Positions 59,826 through 64,000 of a stretch of 64,000 nt of DNA are shown one piece after another. The position numbers and the translations under genes were made by a program. Source of the stretch: Candidatus Bipolaricaulota bacterium (GTDB taxonomy: Bacteria > Bipolaricaulota > Bipolaricaulia > UBA7950 > UBA9294); contig JBFMGK010000066.1 in NCBI GenBank assembly GCA_040752575.1, positions 57,185 through 121,184 of the forward strand, in the 5' to 3' direction. Below the pieces are notes generated by a model. That model saw only the letters and a list, made by a program, of their open reading frames with translations, ran no database searches and was not told the DNA's origin. Position 1 is the first letter of the stretch; each line of letters opens with the position of its first letter.

Positions 59826-61046
59826 CTAGCTGGCCGCAGCTCCCCGTCCTGCGAGGCGGCCCGTGACGAACGCCCAGAGGAAGTTGTGGCCGCCGATCGG
59901 GCCGAAGGCGTCCAGCGTCTCGCCGCAGAAGTAGAGGCACGGAACCTTCCGGCTCTGGAGCGTCTTGACATCTACGTCCGAGAGCGCGACGCCTCCGCCG
60001 GTGACCTCCGCCTCCCCGTACCCTCCCGCGCGCATCCACGGGAGTTCGTACGCCGAAAGCGCCGACAGAACGCGCGCCCGATCGAGTCCGTTGAGGGTTC
60101 CCATCTCGGCTCCCCAGAGTCCCAGCTCCTTCAGGAGCACGTCGACCCAACGGTCGGGCAGCTGCGCCTTGAGCGCCCCACGCAGCGTCCCGCGGCTGGA
60201 AGACAGCACCGCGTCCCACTCCTCGGCATCACGTGCCAGCCATGCGACGCGGAGGGGAGCACGGCGCGGCCCATCCTGAGTTCGCGATGCATGGTGCGCG
60301 GCGTTCATCACGACGGGGCCGCTGTATCCGGCGTGGGTGAACAGGAAGTCTCCCTCGAACACCTGACGCTCGCGCCCGCTTCCCGCGTCGAGTCTGGCCC
60401 GAAGGGCGATCCCGGCCAGGACAGCGTGTCGGCTCTCGGCGCCCCGTAACGGAACGAGTGCGGGGTAGGGTGACACGACGGCGTGTCCAAGCCGTTCCGC
60501 GACCCGAAAGCCCAGGCCGTCGCAGCCGGTGCGCGGATACGAGAGCCCTCCCGTCGCAAGGACGACGCGCTCGGCGACGAATCCCGGGCCGCTCTCCACA
60601 CGAACTCGGCGCCGCTCGTCGGGTTCGATGTCGACGACCTTGGTCTGGGGGATCAAGCGCACGCCGGACCGTCGCAACATCACGAGAAGCCGCTCGCGCA
60701 CTCCCTCTCCGCCCCCCGCCGCCGGGAAGACCCTGCCGGTTCGTTTCTGTTCGACGAGACGAATGCCCGCCACGCTCTCCAGAAACACGCGAACCTCGTC
60801 CAGCGGCCAGGAGAGGAGGATCTTCCGCATCGTGTGGCGGGAGGAGGACGTCGTGTAGTCCTCCGGCGCAGACAGAGTCGGCAGGATGTTGCAGCGCCCA
60901 CCGCCGGAGAGGGCGATCTTCTCCCCGGGAACGGGTCGCACATCGACGAGGATCACCGTCGCGCCAGCCTTCGCCGCGTGGTACGCGGCCAGAATCCCCG
61001 CCGGTCCTCCGCCGACGACCAGGACGTCGCAGCCTTGTCTCTTCAT
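59826..61046 (-). CDS. HI0933/BaiN-family flavoprotein
   Basis: GGGPAG, SGGGRCN, ATGGLSYP, FTHAGYSGP, VTGGGV, GPIGGHN. Confidence 0.9.
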   Translation of the reverse strand: MKRQGCDVLVVGGGPAGILAAYHAAKAGATVILVDVRPVPGEKIALSGGGRCNILPTLSAPEDYTTSSSRHTMRKILLSWPLDEVRVFLESVAGIRLVEQKRTGRVFPAAGGGEGVRERLLVMLRRSGVRLIPQTKVVDIEPDERRRVRVESGPGFVAERVVLATGGLSYPRTGCDGLGFRVAERLGHAVVSPYPALVPLRGAESRHAVLAGIALRARLDAGSGRERQVFEGDFLFTHAGYSGPVVMNAAHHASRTQDGPRRAPLRVAWLARDAEEWDAVLSSSRGTLRGALKAQLPDRWVDVLLKELGLWGAEMGTLNGLDRARVLSALSAYELPWMRAGGYGEAEVTGGGVALSDVDVKTLQSRKVPCLYFCGETLDAFGPIGGHNFLWAFVTGRLAGRGAAAS

Positions 61047-61195
61047 GTCGGTGAGAGCTTACACGGGCGGCTGCACGAAGCCCACGTAGGGAAGGATTGT
61101 CGCGACGTCCTTGCGGCGTCGGCTTGGCGGGCTAGACTCGCCGGACGGCTTGCCTTCGCCTCGCCACCGCGGGACGAGGGAAAGGAGACGATGCG

Positions 61196-61840
61196 ATGCG
61201 TTGGGTCCTCGGGTTGTTGGCTCTGCTGTTGGCGGCAGCGCAGATGGGGTTGGCGGCAGATCTCCTCCGCGCCGAGGGCACGGCAGGCGGAGATGCGGTG
61301 CTCGGTTTTCTCGGCCAAGACGTCTCCGCGGAGATCGACGCCGATCTCCAGACCTCGGGGGTCCTCTGCCTGAACTCGGGCGAGGTGCGCTTCACGGCGG
61401 CCGGCCCGGCGCGCGGTTCGGGAACGGGCAACCTAGAGACGCTGGTCGTCGACGCGTGGATCGCCTTTGATGCCACGGGAGAAACCGAGGATGGAACCGC
61501 GCTTCGCCTCCGCGGCGGTCTCCTTATCGATCGCGTCGACGCCGCGACGACGTCGACCGGCGGGAAGGGCGGCGGACGCTTCTACCTCATCGTATCGCTG
61601 GGTGACGCTTCGTGGACGTGCGAGGGGGAGGCCGAGGCCAGTGCGAGCGGCGCATTCGTGGTTCCCGATGACCCCTACACGATGCAGCTCCGCGGTACGG
61701 GGACGTTCGCGTTGTCTGGGGAGCTGCGTCCCCTGGATGAACCGAACCACCCCTTGACGCTCGGGTGGCCCGACGGCCTCTGGTCGCAGCTCGACGCGCT
61801 GCTGGCTCCACCTGCTGCGACGGCGGATCCCACGCCCTGA
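61196..61840 (+). CDS. Hypothetical secreted Gly/Thr-rich beta protein
   Basis: AAAGGAG RBS, signal peptide ending GLA, alternating beta-strand pattern. Confidence 0.7.
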   Translation: MRWVLGLLALLLAAAQMGLAADLLRAEGTAGGDAVLGFLGQDVSAEIDADLQTSGVLCLNSGEVRFTAAGPARGSGTGNLETLVVDAWIAFDATGETEDGTALRLRGGLLIDRVDAATTSTGGKGGGRFYLIVSLGDASWTCEGEAEASASGAFVVPDDPYTMQLRGTGTFALSGELRPLDEPNHPLTLGWPDGLWSQLDALLAPPAATADPTP

Positions 61841-61875
61841 TCGCATCCGCCAAGGCGCAGCGTATAATCGGCGCC

Positions 61876-63144
61876 ATGGCGGATACGGCGCAGGGCTGCG
61901 GACGGACGGGATCCGATGCCACTCGGAGCGCTGGCGGAGCCCGGCCTGCCTGGCTCCCGCCGGCTGCTGTGGCGCCGGACTACGGGAGGCTGTGCACGGC
62001 GTCGATTCCCGACCTCGTGTCCGCGGCGCTCGGCCTCGACGGCGGCCGATCTCCCCTCGTCGACGCATTCGATCCGCCGCGCGTCGACCGCGTTCTGCTT
62101 GTCATTCTCGACGGGCTGGGCCAGCTGCGGTTCGACGCCTTGTGCTCGGCGGACCCGGCCTTCCCGCTCGGCAGGCTCGCGGCCCGCGGGACGTTGGGAA
62201 CGGTCACGACGGTGTTCCCCTCCACGACGGTGGCGGCCCTGGCTTCCTACAGCACGGGCGTTCCTCCCCTGACCCACGGCCTGCTGGGGTACCGCCTCTT
62301 CCTCCGCGAGATCTCGGCAACGGTGAACATGATTCAGTTCGGCGTCGTCGGCGGCGAGCGCGAGGCGCCCCTCCCGGCAGGGTTCGACGTTGAGCGGTTG
62401 ATGGCCTGCTCTACCGTCTATGAGCGCCTCCAAGACGCGTGCGTCGCGACGCACGTCTTCCTGCCGCGCGGGATCTGCGACAGCGGGCTTTCGAAGCTCC
62501 TGTACCGCGGCTGCGAGACCCTTCACCCCTGCGTAGGGCTCTCCGACGCGCTGGCCGCGTCGCGCGCGGTTCTGGCCTCATCGTCGGGGCCGACCGCCCT
62601 GACCCTCTACTGGCCGGGGCTCGACTCCATAGCCCACGCGCGGGGGCCCGAATCGCCGTCGTACGAGGCCGAGGCGGCGATGATCGGATCGGCCATCGAG
62701 CGTGAACTCGTCGGCCGCGTCGGTCGCACCCTCTTGGTCCTGTCCTCGGATCATGGCTTCGTGACGATGGACCCATCGGACTACGCCCCGCTCGGTCTCT
62801 ACCCGGAACTCCGCGACGCCAGCCGGCTCTTCCCGACAGGAGAACCTCGCGCGTCGTACTTCCACCTTCGGTCCGGGAACGGCACCGCGTTGCCGTGGGC
62901 TCTTCCGGCCGACGTCGGCGAAGGGCTGGTGCTCATGGAGAGCCGTGAAGCGATCGCGTCGGGCCTCTTCGGCGCCGGAGCATCCCACCCCGAGAGCGCC
63001 AACCGCCTGGGCGACCTCGTCCTCATCTCCACGGCGCGGCGCGGGCTGCGGCATCCCTATCCCGATGCCCCGCTCTTGCGCGGGATGCACGGGGGCCTCA
63101 GTGAAGAGGAGATGCTCGTCCCCCTTCTCGTTGCCTTGCTCTAG
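61876..63144 (+). CDS. Alkaline phosphatase superfamily (nucleotide pyrophosphatase/phosphodiesterase-like) protein
   Basis: ILDGLG, FPSTT, DSIAH, SDHG, HGG; TATAAT 7 nt before the ATG. Confidence 0.85.
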   Translation: MADTAQGCGRTGSDATRSAGGARPAWLPPAAVAPDYGRLCTASIPDLVSAALGLDGGRSPLVDAFDPPRVDRVLLVILDGLGQLRFDALCSADPAFPLGRLAARGTLGTVTTVFPSTTVAALASYSTGVPPLTHGLLGYRLFLREISATVNMIQFGVVGGEREAPLPAGFDVERLMACSTVYERLQDACVATHVFLPRGICDSGLSKLLYRGCETLHPCVGLSDALAASRAVLASSSGPTALTLYWPGLDSIAHARGPESPSYEAEAAMIGSAIERELVGRVGRTLLVLSSDHGFVTMDPSDYAPLGLYPELRDASRLFPTGEPRASYFHLRSGNGTALPWALPADVGEGLVLMESREAIASGLFGAGASHPESANRLGDLVLISTARRGLRHPYPDAPLLRGMHGGLSEEEMLVPLLVALL

Positions 63145-63173
63145 GTCGGCCGTCTGGCAGGGAAAGGAGAACC

Positions 63174-63527
63174 ATGGTCTTGATCCGACATGCAAGCGAT
63201 GTCCCCGTGCGCGCGATCGACGGCGGCGGAGCGAGGGCCGTCGAGAAGAAAGTCCTTCTCGGAACCCAAGACGGCGTGCCCAACTTCGTGCTGCGGCAAT
63301 TCACTCTCGCTCCGGACGGACACAGTCCCGAACACGCGCACGCTTGGGAGCACGAGATCTACGTCCTCTCCGGAGAGGGTCTGGCGGTTACCTCTGCCGG
63401 GACGCATCCTCTAGCGCCCGGGGACGCCGTCTTCGTCCCGCCGCTCGAACGCCACCAGTTCCGTAATCCCGGACCGACGCCGTTTGTGTTTCTGTGCATC
63501 GTCCCGCGAGAGGGAGACGACGGCTAG
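63174..63527 (+). CDS. Cupin domain protein
   Basis: HAHAWEHEIYVLSG...HQFRN; AAAGGAG RBS. Confidence 0.88.
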   Translation: MVLIRHASDVPVRAIDGGGARAVEKKVLLGTQDGVPNFVLRQFTLAPDGHSPEHAHAWEHEIYVLSGEGLAVTSAGTHPLAPGDAVFVPPLERHQFRNPGPTPFVFLCIVPREGDDG

Positions 63528-64000
63528 ATGGGCCAGCCCGTCCTCGTCTGCCTGAGCGGGGGCGTGGACAGCGCCGTCGCCGCCTATGTGCTGCAACGCG
63601 CAGGGTATGAAGTCGCTGCGGTGACCTTCCTCTTCTCGACGTCCCCGCAGGTGTCGGCCGCTGCCGGCGAGACGCACGTTTCTCAGTTCCGCAGCGCCGT
63701 GAGGGCTGCCGCGGAGCTGGGCATCCCCCACGAGGTCCTCGACGCGCGGGAGGCCTTCCACGAGAGGGTCGTCCAGGACTTCCTTGAGCAGTATCGCCGA
63801 GGCACGACGCCCAATCCGTGCGGACGCTGCAATCGCCTTCTGCGGTTCGAACTTGCGTTCGCGGCGGCTCGGGTCCGCGGCATCGATCTTGTCTCGACCG
63901 GACACCACGCGCGCGTGGCGCACCGCGACGATGGATCCTTCGAACTGCTGCGCGGCGTTGATCGAAGGAAAGACCAGAGCTACTTCCTCTACGGCTTGGG
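63528..64000 (+). CDS. mnmA: tRNA 2-thiouridylase MnmA, 3'-truncated by the window edge (not in the ORF track)
   Basis: Manual translation: MGQPVLVCLSGGVDSAVAA...TPNPCGRCN...TGHHAR...KDQSYFL. Confidence 0.93.
   Translation, partial: MGQPVLVCLSGGVDSAVAAYVLQRAGYEVAAVTFLFSTSPQVSAAAGETHVSQFRSAVRAAAELGIPHEVLDAREAFHERVVQDFLEQYRRGTTPNPCGRCNRLLRFELAFAAARVRGIDLVSTGHHARVAHRDDGSFELLRGVDRRKDQSYFLYGL

Noticed and set aside
57933..60449. 838-aa plus-strand ORF
   Set aside because: Antisense shadow of the CoA-transferase-GNAT and HI0933 genes; no recognisable motifs; expected from high GC3

Overview
GC-rich bacterial chromosome window with no integrase, transposase, CRISPR array or rRNA. A deep-branching anaerobe such as Bipolaricaulota/OP1 is plausible, but this is inference and unverified. 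The core is a minus-strand block of rpoC followed by a contiguous str-S10-spc-alpha ribosomal superoperon (about 14.2-36.5 kb) with several oddities. rpoB is not upstream of rpoC; rpoC instead has its own sigma70-type promoter and a ~250-nt leader. Beta-prime carries four insertions, including a greatly expanded jaw. tuf and rpmD (L30) are missing from their usual slots, uS11 lacks the PHNG tail and uS7 lacks its N-terminal arm. Flanking genes are iorAB, two exported metallophosphoesterases, add, hypCDE, DNA-repair genes, hydantoinase/oxoprolinase AB, tdh, hpf, a degenerate tRNA-thiolase-like protein, an orphan HerA-type ATPase, cca, an infB-rbfA-fhs operon, UDG, tRNA-Gly(CCC), a divergent pgk, glmS, a small RHH-like protein, a CoA-transferase-GNAT / ADP-forming acyl-CoA ligase / DRTGG operon and a partial mnmA. 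The best candidate for something undescribed is a ~250-nt intergenic element (59557-59816) upstream of the acyl-CoA operon. It folds into two ~86-nt rod hairpins and a third hairpin, with G-U pairs and a cUACGg loop favouring a plus-strand RNA and a perfect Shine-Dalgarno sequence in the linker. Several genes look leaderless, and three divergent junctions share symmetric -10 elements. All calls come from reading motifs by eye; no database search or folding program was run.
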